Source: Paraspadella gotoi
Taxonomy: Eukaryota; Animalia; Chaetognatha
Direction of reading: 5' to 3'
Length of the DNA: 64,000 nucleotides
Assembly (NCBI GenBank): GCA_051294375.1
Contig: JBJCIZ010000239.1
Span: forward strand, 2,493,476-2,557,475
Below are positions 35,301 to 50,300 of the stretch, one piece after another (position 1 is the stretch's first letter; each line of letters starts with the position of its first letter). A model generated the notes under the pieces. The model saw nothing but the letters and a program-made list of their open reading frames with translations, made no database searches and had not been told where the DNA came from. Both the position numbers and the translations under genes were made by a program.

Positions 35301-38300
35301 CTTTTCTTAATCTCTTTAATCACTTTTCGTCTTTTCTTAATCTCTTTAATCACTTTTCGTCTTTTCTTAATCTCTTTAATCACTTTTCTCTTTTCTTAAT
35401 CTCTTAATCACTTTTCACTTTTCGTCTTTTCTTAATCTCTTTAATCACTTTTCCTCTTTTCTTCTCAACCCCTTCGGATACTGAAGGCAACGTGGAAGCC
35501 AACGCCGACGCCGCCGTCGTCTCCGTCGACGCCGCGGGTCCCGATCCGGCCTCAGGTTCCGCGCCCAGCTCTTTCGAGGAGAAGGCTCCCCAGATCGAGA
35601 GTTTCGGGGAATCTGAGGACGGCGCCAGCCTCGGCGGCGGCGGCGGCGGCGGCGAGGCGCCATCTTTCGACGTGGAAAAATTCTCGCCGCAGATGAGGCT
35701 TCTCCACGCGTTCGCCAAGGAGCTCAACGAGCAGAGAGGTGTCAAGCGGGCATTGTATCTCCGTTGTTATCCCCGTTTTGGTTTGCTGGGTTATTTGTTC
35801 GTTAACCGACGATCGCTTTTCACCGCTCAGACGCGGAAGCCGCCAAACATCTCTTCGCTTCCTTGCGATATCTGTGTCTCCACGGGGAAACGCTCGTTTC
35901 CGCCTCCAAGGAGAACATTGAATTCGCCAAGTTCATTCAGCAACGTTACATTATAACAAAGTATGTGTTTTGTTATACTAATAAACTTTCCTTCCCTCTT
36001 TCATTTAACTTCTACCCTCCCCCCCTCTCTCCAAAGCGTCTGGAAATGGCTACAAGAAGAGGCATCGTCCGTGACTCAGTCGGTGATCCCTCTCCTCCTC
36101 CATTGTCTCCTCCTTCCCGCCGGAGCCGACACTTTTTGGAACATCGTCGAGAAAGACTTTGGGGATGAGAATTGGAGGATCAGATTCGCCGCTGGTAAGA
36201 CGGACGGAGAGACGAGAGACGGAGAGACAGACTGCGCAATAGTCCGAACGCTTTTTTTTTTTTTTCCCCTTCCCCTTCTCCAGTGGAGAAGACGTGCATC
36301 CTTCTCCGACTGTTAGAGCCGAAGAAAATGGACCTCAATTGTCATCTCATTCAATCTTCATTCGCCAACGCGTTTTGTCGTCTGCTCGGGACCGCGGCCG
36401 ACGCATCCACGGACGTCGCCATGAGAACAATGATGCTTCTGCCAACTTTGAAAAAGACCTCGTTGAAGGTGCAGAAATTGGAAAATAGTCTTTAAACTCC
36501 CGTGTAGAATTGGTTTTTTGAAATTATACATTTAAAGTTTTTATTTGTACTTTTTTTTTTTTAGTTTATGAGAAATTGTTTGGACATTCAATTCGACGCG
36601 TGTCCATCCGATCGGGTCATGATAATACAGGTGCATACTAATTCCACAACTATATTTTTAATAATCTTTATAATTTATATTAGGTGTACTGTGTTTACGT
36701 AATATATATAATATATATAAAGTATGAGATTAAAAGTTTTTTACTTGATTACTTTCGCAGCGCATGGGTCAACTGTTTTACATTTTGCGAGACACGGACG
36801 TCCTCTCCTGGGACTTCTTCCTTGCGAGACTCGACCTTCTTTCGATGGAAGCCCACGTCGGCCTGGAGAACGCGGCCGACTTCGGTGCCTTCCCGACCGG
36901 TAGGTCGCCTTGTTGGAGACAAATAGTGAAAATTGTTACGCCATCTCTGGCATAGAAGGGTCAAGACCCTCATCTAGAAAGGAGAAAACCATTAGCTTGG
37001 GAGCTAGCTTAGATTAGAACGCCTAAAATTCTCCTCTCCGTTTAGAATATAGTAAGGTAGGAGTTCAGCCTCGTTCTTCCATATTATTATATAGTATTTT
37101 TTTTGGAAAGTGTTTGAAAACAAGAGACTTTTGACTTTTGACTTTTTACAGTAAAAAGAAATATTAAAATAAAACTACATGGTTATCTGGAAAAAATAGT
37201 TTGTTTAGCTGACCTGCATGAATAATTTTAAATTTCTAATTAGTTTTTAGGATAAGCGATAAATTAGGTTGTCAAATACTATTTTCAGTTTATCATAAAC
37301 AGTTTTGCTGCAACAGTTCTTACTTGGTTACATTCGCATGCTGCAGCGTATGATACGTAATTTGACTAATTTGAGTCATATTTTCCTTTATTTCCTTAGG
37401 CTTAGAACATATATATATATATATATATAATATAAATAATATTAACTTGTAGCGGGAAAAAAAAATTCTCATTATAGTTATATGTGGAATTCAAATTTTT
37501 ACAATATTTGCAAAGTATTTTTACTTTTTTTCTTTGTTTGTTAATGTGAGAAAATTTCTTCTTTTTTGCTTCAATCTTTGTTCTGCTTTCTGATTTAAAA
37601 AACCAAACAAAACAAAAAGCAGTTTGTCCTATTCCTCTTCACTTTCCCTTTCCTTTCGGTGAGTTAACTAACATTTAATCCGTTTCTTTTTTAGGATTGC
37701 TCTTTTTGGCCAGGGGTATTAATAATAACTTCTTAATAAAAAGGCAAATTTAAATTTTTTTCTCCAAGAAATGCATGGCCCAGGCATGAGAAACTGTTAT
37801 AAGACATCAAATTATTCGCGATCCTTCTACCCTCAATAGTCTATACTCTTCATGAATGTATTCAGCTTTTTTGAAATGTTCTAACACGAAATTTCTTTTC
37901 AGTTTCCTCAAAAAAAGACTAATTTTCGAACTTAATTTTGTTTAGCTTAACACTCAGAAAATTCCAAGTTGTTGACGGGATATAGACTCTCTGTAACTTT
38001 AAGATTTGTATATTTACTCTGGTTCGCAAACAATTGTACATTTTTCACTTTTTAATGTTATCATACGACTAACATTAGAGCAATCGTGTTCAACATTGAT
38101 TGAGAGGAATAATACCAAAAATCATAATCAAGAAATCTATCATTTAGTTGAAAAGGGAAAATGGCTGTACCCTCTCTCTTCATCTCCCCCCCCCTTTCTC
38201 TCGCTCTTCCATACCTCCTCCAAACAGTGATAATCACCTCACACATATACATAGTCAAAAATTTCCCCCGACCTTTCTCTCTTTACATGTTTTCGTTGGC

Positions 38301-41300
38301 CCTTCCCTTCCTCCCGGCAATATCCATCCACCTGCGCGGTAAACCCGAATATATCCTCCCGTTTCTTCTTTGCCTGCGGTCAAAAAAAAAAAAATCGTCT
38401 CATTTCTCTGTATTTTGCAAAATTGAAATTTTTTTAAAATCATTAACAACGAAAATCCGGATCGTAATTCGTGAAACAAAACTGTAGAGGCGTCTGGGCC
38501 TTCGCCCTCCCCGCCTCCACCGACCCCGCGGACTCCCCGCGACGGGGCGTCCCCCTTGACTTCGACGCTTTTCTCTGCTTCGCCCAAAAGTCATCCGCGA
38601 TCCCCGTTCATCGGATCGCGATTGACCAAGCCGGTCATGGTGCGTGGGCGGACAGTGTGGGTTTGTTCCTAAATTATCTCAAAATTGTCGCAAAATAGGC
38701 CCTGGAAAATTTGGGGGTGAAAATTGGCCCTTTGATTTCGAATTTAAAAAAATAACGGAGAGTCCCCTACCCCTTCCATCCAAACAAAAGGGAACATTTT
38801 CAGGGGCGCTTGGCATTTTGTCGGCCAAAGGTTCTTTCAACAGCGAGGCAACGACGATGGCGCAAAATAGGCCCTGGAAAATTGGGGGGAAAAATTGGCC
38901 CTTTAATTTCGAATTTAATAAATAACAGAGTTCCCCACCCCTTCCATCCAAACAAAAGGGAACATCTTCAGGGGCGCTTGGCATTTTGTCGGCCCAAGGT
39001 TCTTTCAACAGCGAGGCAACGACGATGTCCAGTTTTGACTCTAGTGTCTCCTCGCTCACCGGCGCCATCTCAAAACGGCGCAATCTCGCAGCAACCCCGG
39101 GCCCGCCTCCGCCGCCACCGCCGCCGCCAAAGTTTGGAATTCAAGTCTCACGCTTCAGTTGCGACACTTTTAAAGTATGAAAAACGGGTTCTTGAGTTCT
39201 CAAAGTTTTAGCTTTGGACGATATGGGATTCTACTTTCAATGAATTAAAACCCCCAAATTACAAAATTAGTTTTTTTTTTTTAAGTTTTCACATGAGTAA
39301 CATATTTTTTTCTTCTCTATGAATCAAATATTTTCCAAAACATTTTGCTTTTTTCCTTGCACGTCTTTTGACAGGCCTCAATCTCTCTTTCAAGATAATA
39401 ACAGACTTTCAATCAAGACTCTATCACAGTCTAGTTTATTAACTTCCAGGCTACCTGGCTTCCATATCAATGAAATTGGTATGGATTAATAACCTGTTTC
39501 AATTCAGAAGCATAAACATTAGGTGTGGGACTGTGGGTGTATACTGTATACCTTTTCATTTGAAACACAATTTGAGATCTTGTGTTTATGAGATCTGAGA
39601 TCCTATTCCGTTTCCTCGTAAATTCGTCATTTCATCTGGACTCTGTTATCATCTACTTCCTGTTTTTAGGACTTAGTCATTTCAATTTGCTCATATGATG
39701 AACAAATAGCCACTTATTATGTTATATCAATGTATTAAACGCCAATCGTTCCAATGTTTGCAATATCAGGGACGCGACCCCGTCAGATCAATAAGCCGAT
39801 CTGGAGCAATATATTTGCAATCGAACAAACCCCCACGTCGCGCCTTCAGCGCACCGACTGGCGATGCAGAGAACGTCCAATCTGGTCAAGGTAGACGAAA
39901 ACCTGAGGATAAAAAAAATATGTAAAAAAAAAAAACACATAAAACAATACTTTCTTTTTCGTTCGATTGATGTTGGTTTTTATATCTTTTGATTTCTCAC
40001 TAGAGTTATGGATCGGTGTTTTGCTGTCGTTCATTGCTGTTGCTTCTATGCTGCGATGAGATGGTCATGAATTTAGAAAAAAAAATACTTTGTTTTAGTT
40101 CATGTCATCGAAATCGTTGTAGTTCTAGATGTCGGTTTTGAAATCAATATTATTTTTATCACAAATTTTTAGAGTCATCGATTTGTATAAAAGTTTGTAG
40201 CTTAGTTTGCATATCGATTGATGTTTTGAGCGATGCTTAAACTCCATTTAATTGTGTGGCAATAATGCGAGTTTAATGCCAAATCGTTTTCATTATTTAA
40301 AGAAAAAAATTAACGCATGGATTTTTTTTCTGCTGATTAAGAATGAAACAGCATGCGCAAGTAAAGTTTAAGTTTAACGCCATGGGCGAATATTTAAAAT
40401 TATTTTTACATTTTTTAACATTCCGCGAATAACCGAAAGAATAAAAATTAAAATTCGAAACCCAATAAAAATTTTAAAGACACCGCTGTTCTTAACAAGA
40501 AATATTTCTGGTCAGTTAATTCTCAGCCAATCTAAAATTTTTTTGCGAGAAAATAGAAAGGCCTCTATCTTACCTAATTTGTTCATTATTTTTGAACGTT
40601 TCATTTTAACTTTTAACTTAGTTGAAAAAATTCAATTAACTTTTAAATTTTAGGACACAATATGTACTCTGACTATCAAATGAAAACAAATTAGCCATTT
40701 TTTTTATCGTGCGCTTATAGTGCCAAGCTCTATGTATTCACTACCTATGTTTTTTTTTTACTTTTCTGACCAGAAATGAATAATTTTCCTTAAAGCGTGT
40801 CTTTTCTCTAAAATCTCTATAATCATAGCTGTGATGCCTGCAGCAAGCATTCCTAACACAATATATCACGTTACGCATATACTGCATCTAACAACTCCCG
40901 CTAATTTTATTCCGCAGCAATGTAAAACAAAATGATGGGTTTGTTGCTGTAGAATAAAAAAAAAGCTCCTTATCTAATTCTCTCTTTCCCGCTCTATCTC
41001 CTGTTAGGAGCATGAGAGTCGAAGAGAAGTTCTACTACTAGATCGCCAACAGCCTTCCATCCCCTCCCCCCCCCACAAAAAAAGTAATTTATTACAATAA
41101 TTTCGGTAACTCATGGCCCGTGATTCTCACAACAGTCGCTAAGAAAGGAGCGGGCGCGCTACAGTCTCCAGCGTTGATTGCTGGGTTGAGCGGACCCCCG
41201 AGCGCCGCCCCCGTAGCCCCAGGATTCAACGGTGGAGGACCATTAGCAGGTAGATTTTTTTGTTCTGAAACAAAGAATAGAAACAAAAATATAGATCAAG

Positions 41301-44300
41301 GGGGGGAGAAAAGGACGATTCCTTAAAGCGAGATATATTCATTATATATTCATATATATTCATATTCATATATTCATTATATATTCAATGGTTTTCTTTT
41401 GGGTCACAGGCGGCATGGGACAAGTGAAGGAATTCACGGACGAGGAAAGCAATTTGAGCGCTTTACTGCAACGAACGTTGGACCAGGATGGAATTCACCG
41501 AGAAGTTCTCCATCAGATCGTCTCCCTAATGATGAGGGTAATTGATTGAAATGTTTTGTTTTTTGTTTTTTTTTGTTTTTTTTTGGGCGATCGTATCGTT
41601 CTCAATACAAACTTATGTTTTTCATTTTCTCTTTCAAAAGTTTATGGCGTACAGTGAATTTAAAAAGCTGAATGACGACAGGCACGCATTCAAACAACAG
41701 GTATTTTTTTCAAAAAAAACTTTGATTTGGTGCTCTCTCAGAATAACTTTTTCTCCCCATCTGCTGCAGAATTTAGTATTACGTCATTTGTACAATCTAC
41801 TGGGATACAATCAAGGAGAAAAGTGTTTCACGGTTCCGCCGGCCAGGATAAGGTATCAGAAAGACGTTAAACTTAACTCATTCACCGTTCCATAATTCTG
41901 GTCTCAAAATTTATTTTTCAGAAAAAATACGGTATTTCATGCTTTCATGAACTGGCTCTATCTCATTCTGGACCGATCATTTCAGATGGGCAACATATTA
42001 TTACCCACTGGTACGTCTAGCGTTTGATCAATATCAATACCATTTATATACAAATTTTATAACTGAATTTTTATTCCATTTTCAGCCCTGCAACTGTTGC
42101 AGTACACACCTTCCCCACAGCGTTACGCTTCGGATTATCAACCTATGAATTATTCTCTGTGGTTTCTCGAGCCACACACTCAAAAAAACTGGCTTAACGC
42201 TTTCTTGATTATCCTTTACAAATACAGGTTTCCCATTTGCTAAAAAAAGATTATAATATATATTAAAGATTATAATAATAATAATAACTTTGTAGCAAAA
42301 AGGGAGTCGTTAAAGTTTTTTCCTTTAGAATTAGTAAATTAAACAGCGACAACAATTTCTTTTGTTTTTTTTTCTTTCAGATACGACAACCCTCCAAATT
42401 CCGAATCAGTGTGCAATTTGGTTCAAATTTTGATCAACACAGTGGATCATCAAAACCATCGCTGTCAACTTCCGACCTCTGAGGAAATTTCCAGTCCAGT
42501 TCTCTCGAGAAACAGGGGTATATTACTAATGCGTAGAAATGTTTTTTAGTAGTCTAGACGGGTAAATATTGGTGTATGATCTTATTCAGACGTAAGTGTA
42601 TCAATCGGTGATTTGGAGAACATAGAAGAAAGCGAAACGGAAGCCGGCGCCAAATCTCCGACGACGCCAAAGAATTCCAGCGGAGTTTCTTTCTTGATCT
42701 CCAACGGTAATATAGTATAATATAATAAGAGTGAATTCGGCCCAACTCTATAAACAAGTCTCGTTATTCGTTTTTTGAGGATAAATCTGTTAATTTGATC
42801 AAAGATCAAAGCCGGTTCACAAAACAGCGAGCTAATTAATAAGCATAGAATTTTGGTTTTAGTGAATCAGATTGATTTGTTTGATTGAATGCTTTTGAAT
42901 TTATTTTATACATTTCATGTCATTAAATTGGATCGACTTATTTTTGTAATGATCGATCGATTCTTTCAGCTTTCGGACGCGTTCCCGCGGACAGTTGCGA
43001 CAGCATCGGCGAAGAAGAGGAAGAAGACAGTCACGATAACGGCGGCACCTCGGCCGACGACGACGACGATAATTCCCCCGAAGGCCAGGTCTTTTCGTCG
43101 CAAGAGTCCTTCAAATGTTTTTTTTTTTTTTTTTTTTTTGTATATTTGGTAGCCATTTAATATAGTTCTTTTTGTCTTTTCAATCGGTTTTTTATAGAGC
43201 CTCTGTTTCTTTAGTTTCGGGATTTCTTGTGATTAAAGTTGATCAATGTCGTGACTTAGTTTTCCGAATACGTAATATTTAGAGTTTTTAAATTAAAGTG
43301 GTATTTTATCTTTTAGCGTCTCGGAAGTTTTATTAAACTATTTTGAAAACGCGACGATGAATATAATCAACTTTTTCGAATGATATTTTCGTAGGAGGAT
43401 ATCGACGACGACGACGACGACGAAGATGACGAGCTGTCGCCGACGGACGATAGTCTCACCTCTGTGACGGCCAGCGGCGTGGAATGCACTCCGGAAATGA
43501 CCGACTCTGACGCGACCCCTCGAGGCAGCGTCCGAAGCCGGAGAAGTCTGCTCCACAGGTCCGACTGCCCCTGCTGAGATGAGAACTTTGACCAGAACTT
43601 TCTGATTCGATTGCTTCGCTTTCCAGTCCCCTTTTTCAAAGCGGCGCTCGATCTTCTGGTAGCGAAAGGTTGGTTCTTCTCTCCGACGAAGAAGTCTCTT
43701 CAGTGGGAAATGCCGCTTTGGACGAAACTGGATCTCAGGTCAGAGATTAAAAGAAAAAGTTTTAGCTACGGTGCGTCTCACCGGCCTTAGGACCCTTAGG
43801 GAGTGTGCGTTAGCCCGCTTAGCCATTATAACTTGATTTATATAATCGGTGTTGAGGCGGCTTTGAGTCTCCTCCACAAAGTAAAGTTTATAAATGTTAT
43901 GTTGGTTTTTTGTGTGTGTAATATTGGATAATTATTGTATTGTATTTTTTTCAAAGATCCAATACCCGAGTGACTGGTCTCGAGAAGCCTCCACAAAATC
44001 GAACAAGAGCGCAGACAGACCGCATCGACTCGAACCGAGGGAAAAGATGAAGGTCAGGGATAGAGACAGAGTCAAAGTGAGTAAGTGTCAACGTAAGCGA
44101 AATTTCCTTTCTTGAAACTTGTTTTTCATAAGAGCGTGGACCTGCAAATGGCTGAGCAGCTTTTAGCATTTGAAAAAACCAGCGCCGTCAGAAAAACGTC
44201 CGAAGCAAGTTCGTATCTTATTTTTGTGATAAAAATCCAATATTTTGTCCAATATTTTGTCGAACCTTGTTTTAATTTTTTTTCCCCTAGGTTGTGTAAA

Positions 44301-47300
44301 TATTCAAATTGAAACGGATATCAAAGATATGGACGACGCTCGTGTTAACGCAATCAAATCTTCTCAACCGCGGCTAGGTGTGTATGAAATAGAAGTTTAC
44401 AGTTTCAGTCAATTTGTCGTAAGAAAGTTTGTATTTTTGTATTGGATTAATTGGATTAATTCAAACGTGTGTCGCTTGACCGCACGCAGCCATAGGTCGG
44501 CAGACCGTGAGCCCACCCATCCCAACCCTGGGTGCTCTCTTTCCTGCTCGTCCTCATAAGAGAAAGGGTTACAAAGCAATTAAACGTCAGCACAAAAATT
44601 TTTTTCAAGATAGGTTGTCTCCACTTTCTTTTATTATTTTTTCCAAAATGTTTGTTAATCGAAACTTTGAGTTGATTTCATTCTCAGGCGTTGAAATCGA
44701 ATTGTCCTTTGTAATGAAAATTTTTAAAGATTCCATTGAAAACGACTCACTAGGTAAAACATGTAAACTACTCTGTATGTTAGACATGTCGGTGATAAAA
44801 AAACCATCTGAATTTATTTCGTGATATAGATTCATAATATGATTCAATTTTGCTTGAACAGCTTTTAATTCCAATAACTTAAATTGTCATGTATTCCCGT
44901 TAAATGACCAATTCATCTTTTTTTCCTTAAATTTTAAGGTCAAACTCCGGCCATAAGTAGTGGAAGAGTAAGAAAAGGTAGAAAATATTTTTATTGGGAA
45001 TTTTCACTTGAAGCATTAAAAAAACGTCGATTTCTGTTTATAACTATAAATGATCACCAAACAGAAAATATGTTTCGACCGAGAAAAGTACTAAGAGGTA
45101 TCCTAAAATAAATTTAATGATAGCATGTAAATAATAAGTTAGATTATATTAACCTTAGAAAATTAGATTACTAAATTATTAAACGTCGGCTGAAAATTAA
45201 ATAGTCCGCTGGACCGGCCTACATTTGTTTTGTTGGTTAGGTTAAGAGTTTATTTTATAATGTCTAAATGATACATATTTTTTTAACCTTTTGATTTGCG
45301 AGCTTGCTTTATTTTAAAAGGAACAAAATAAAAAATTCAAATGAATTTACTTCTTAAGAAAATATAAAAAAATTGTTTATTAATATTAAAGACAAATAAA
45401 ATGTTATTTTTATCAATTGAAAAAGGACAAAGGCGCGGTAAATAGTTTTTAGAGTATTTAATTATTTTTTCATATTTGTTAAAATAATATTAAAATTGAA
45501 TTTGAATCGTAATATAGAATAAAACAAAATCATATAATTTTTTTCGCTGTTAATATATGTATATATATGAGTTGGAATGTTTACAAAACGCATTTTCGTT
45601 TTTTTATTATTATTATTATTTATCACTTTCTCTGACAAATCACCATGTATTTTGCTCTGACATATTGTTCAGATACATCTGTACGAAAAAAAATGCATGA
45701 TTAGTTATGGCGGTATTTGCTTTGGGAGTACAACGTGATGAATAATTTTAAACAAAATATAATTTAAAATAATTTTTACTATGCTAGCTCAAACGATATT
45801 TAAATTTTGCAAGAAATTTTTTGTCATATTTTTCACATTGTACCCATTATCTACTCATTGCCTTTCCTTTCTCCAAATTATGAAAATTAATTTATAGAAA
45901 AAGACAAATTATAACATACTTGCTATTTTACGAAGCTTGTCTTCAGCATAACACCTTGCCATCCAGCCTCCAGGTTGCCGCATGTCAAATCCTATAAGCA
46001 TTCTGAGAGTGTTATTATCATACGGACAAATACAATCAGTTAATCACAATCAACATCAAACAAACATACCGTATAAAAGCCCCCAAGAAAGTTAACCAGC
46101 GATAGATCGCTTTCGATTCAATGATTGCTATTTGCGCAAGCGATTTCAATTTCCTGGGATTTATTCTCCTCCTTCTTCAACCTTCCAAACAGCCCCGTCG
46201 CACAAACGCAAACGGGATAAGAATATTGACGAATTCTCTCGATTAAGTCTTTTCTCCACCCTCTCTCTTTCTCTCCTTTTTTGCCCCGTGACCTTATATT
46301 TTCTTTTTATGCTTCTTCCACTATTTTTAACGTCTCTTTTTTTCCTGCATTGTTTCTTATATCTCTTTCTTCTTACTCTATCATCCCTTCGAACCCCCCC
46401 CCCCGCTTCCTCCGTTGTTCCCTTTTTTTTGTTTTGTGGTCGATCGACAGGCCGACCAGCGTTGTTAGTTCCACCGACAGGGAGTTCCACGGGTCTCTCT
46501 CCGATAGATGCCTCGGTGGCGACATCTTCGTCACCGGCGCAAAACTTCAAACAAGTGGTTCCGCAATTGAAGTTTCCTCGAGAAACCAGTTCGCCAATTC
46601 CCGGTAAATGCTTTTTTAAAAGTTTTGATCATTCGGTTCTTACCAGTCGATAAGGAAATAGAGAACCTGTTATTTGTTATTGTTACAATAATTTCGAAAA
46701 TTTTGTAAGTTGATTGTTTTTTTGTTTTTTTGTTTTTCAGCTCCAAAAGAAGAGATCGTTTTGCCGTACACCAAACCGTTCAAGGACGGTGATTCGGACG
46801 GCGAAGATCTGGACTACGACGGCAAGTACGTGTCGAATATCGAAAGGAAGAATCGATGATATAAATTAAATAATTAGTTGTATCAATTTTTATAAATTTT
46901 TACTTTTTTTTAAAAAAAAACGGCTTTTTCTCAGAGAATCTTTATCCAAAGAAAGAAAATCGGGACTTTCGACGGTCGAAATTCACAACATCCTGACCGA
47001 CTTGACAACTGGCGAGCCGGAAGAAAAGAACATGTGAGCGATTTCATCAGGACAAAAAAGAAAATAACAACAGTCACGTCCGTTCACAACTTCCCCCCCC
47101 CCATAAAATCCATAGTCGCGGTCGTTCCAAGGGCGAATTGGTGACGCGCCTTCGCAGCGCCAATCATCCATCGACGCAGCCGAAGACGCATCCAGCAGCT
47201 GGAATCTCCGCCTCGGCGCCGTTGAGCTTTGCCGGCGGAACAGGCGCCGCCGCCGCCGCCGGCGCCGCAGCTCCGACCAAAGCCAAGCGATACTCGACTA

Positions 47301-50300
47301 AAGTCGTCGACGTTTCGGTCAACGGTGAGAGCTTTGTCGATGATTACTTGATTCAATTCATGCTTCTGTATTTGTTTACGTTTTTATTACGGGCAAAGTA
47401 ATATGTACATAATATAACAGAATACATGTATATCAATTCCCCACCATATTAGCAGCAGGGAAGGATAGTGAATAGCAAAAATAAACCTGTTCCCATTTTA
47501 TCTAAACCCGCCTCTTCCTCTTCCTCCTCCTCCATACAAGTCTCTTTCCATTCCTGGATGAACGGGTTCCCTCTCGCCACCGTAACCACCCCCTCTTCCC
47601 ACTCCGCCACCTCCGAACCGCTCCGGTCCGGGTTGAGGATTTCTCCCGCCACCCCTGTATTGTTCGTCTCCGCCCCGCGCGGCCGCGTAGCCCGGCGCTT
47701 TTCCCGGCACGGCGAAGTTGGCGCCGGTGACTTGTTTGTTTTTCTCCGGGTCCGGAGCGGGCATGTCGTCCAGGCGCATCTGATTCTTAACCAAGTGGTT
47801 GTATTCGTTGGGATCCATCGGTCCGTCCCTCCCTTTCGTTTCGCGGGGTAGAAGTTTAAGCCTCATTAAATTTCTTTATTCCCGACCATATTATTATTAA
47901 TGAATGTCATTTTGAACCTGTTAATACGGCGTCCCGAAGCTCGGGCATCTCGGCGAACGGGATGTAAGCTTCGCCGTAAGGGAGACCCTTTTGACGTCGC
48001 TCCATTTCCGTCTCTATCACCGTCTCGTGCACCTGTCGAGATCGAATTGAATTAAAATTACTTACAAACTAAATGAACCCGAAAATTGCTACAAATAAGA
48101 TGTGACTTTGATAATTGACCATCAATCTTCGGCCAAATGAACTGACAATAAATTAAACAGATGGATGTGGAATTGTGGATCCTTTTACCTCCCAACGTTT
48201 ATCGCAGGCGGCGCAGAGAAAGGCTGACATGAAATGAAGACAGCCGCAGCCTTTTTCCTTGCACCTCCGTCCCGGCGCAACTGCGTCGTGTTGCTCGTGA
48301 CTGAAAAAGATATATGTCAAATTGACTTCCGGTTTCACGAATGATGGCGTTTGTGATTTGTCACCTGTGCTTGCACTTGCACATCGCCCTCCAAGTTGTG
48401 GGATCAAAATTTCTCCGTTTTCGCAGCCAAAACTCGCCAACTTCCTCGGGTCTCGAAGGAACCCAAGCGAAGGCCTTGCACGCGCATTTCTCGCATTTAG
48501 CTTGAGCTAGGCCGCGTCGCTTCACCACCTGACGTTATAGGAGTTGGATCTTAAAGGTTACAAATGAGAACAAAACATATTTTCTGGTTAATATGACTGA
48601 TTAATACGCAAGAGTTTCTTAGTCGCCACAATCGAGTTCAAAGACATTTTACACTGCGGCGCAAAAAAAACAAGACACTAGGTAGCTTTAAATACACCAC
48701 TATTTATTTTTTAATTTTGAGAAAATATATATGAAAAGTATAGCTCTTTTAAAGAGCTATCGACTGGTGCAAGAAAAATTTGAATTGGTTCAGGAAGTAG
48801 AATATAGCAAGACTTTAAAGTCAGTCTCAAAATGGAATTGGGAAAAAGTGATTTCCAAAGGTTAGTATTGCTGACTTTGGGAAAGTTATCATTAAACTGC
48901 TTTTTCTTTATTTTTAAAATATTGTTTTTCTATATAGTTTCCCTACTTATTTTAATTTCATTTAAGTAGAAAATGGTTGACACCTATCCCTACAGATATT
49001 TGATGCTGAATTTGTTCAGCTAATTTTATATTATAATAAGGAAAAGTCCTATAAATTTCTGACCCTTTGATCGATTTTAATGGGACCTGGACCAATCGCT
49101 TTATCTTTCAATGAGCTTTGTTTTATGTTTCTATATCTCAGTGAAATTCATCCATCCAATATAGTTTTTTTTCGGTGTGAAAGAAGTGTCTTTTTTTTTT
49201 TTTTTTTTGCGCCGCAGTGTAGAATAAATGTGAATGTCTCAGTTCATTTTTACCTGAAGGTAGTCCTCGTGTTGGGCGAGAGAGTGCATGCAGAAGCACC
49301 TCGCCTCAGGATATCCGACTCGCTGGCAGTCAAAGTCCGTCTCGCCCACGCGCCACGAGACGTAGACGCCCGTCTCGAACGCCCGTTTCGTCGCCTCTAC
49401 TTCTGGCTTGAAAACGTCCTGTTTAAAAACTTTTTGGTAAATATGTATAATTGTATATAGATAATAGATGATTATATATAAAGAGTAAGGATATGATTCT
49501 ACCTGAAGCATCGGTGCGAAGTTCTCCCTGTTCATCGCCTTGGCGACGCTGACGACGTCGGCGTTCTTCGCCGGCTCGATCTTGCGCACCGTGTAGCCCG
49601 GAGGAGCCTGGACCTGAAAATTCATTATTTATCATGAAATTGGTACGATCAATATAAAAATTATCCATTCATTTAATAAATAAGCTATCTTGCCCCTGAC
49701 TTTGGGACAGGCTTTGGTGGTTTAAGGCCTCCATCACTCTTACAAGATAATGACATAGCAGGTCCCTGCAAGCTTTCAATCAAGACTCTCTCACAGTCTC
49801 GTTCAATGTTCAGGTCATAGTCACAGAAATTGTTTTACATCTCTGAAAACATATCTTTACGGTGATATTTAAAATAAGGCCGACTTTAAAATCTCCTCTA
49901 ATCGCATGTATTCTTTGTTTGTAACTCTCATTAATTGACTCTTTTTTAATCGCATCTTATTTTACGTTGGAAAGGGGGGGGAGGCAGAATCCATCGTGTA
50001 ATTTTGAATAATAAACTAGGATGTCTATAAGAATATTGTTGTTAAGATTCCATAATTAAAATAAATGGTGGTCATGTTTTCTCAACTTGGATCAGCTCCA
50101 TCGCCCTCTTCACCTTCTCCGGCTTTTGTTTCTTCGTATTCCCTTCTGTCGTCTCTTCCGGCTTCATTCGACGAGCCACTTCTTTCTTCGCCGACGCAGG
50201 CGCTCCGATCGCCACCTTTTTGCGACTACTGGCGCCGCTGGCCGCGCGGTTGGCGTGACTGGCGACGTTGGCGTTGATGGTGATGTTTCCTTGTTGGGTT

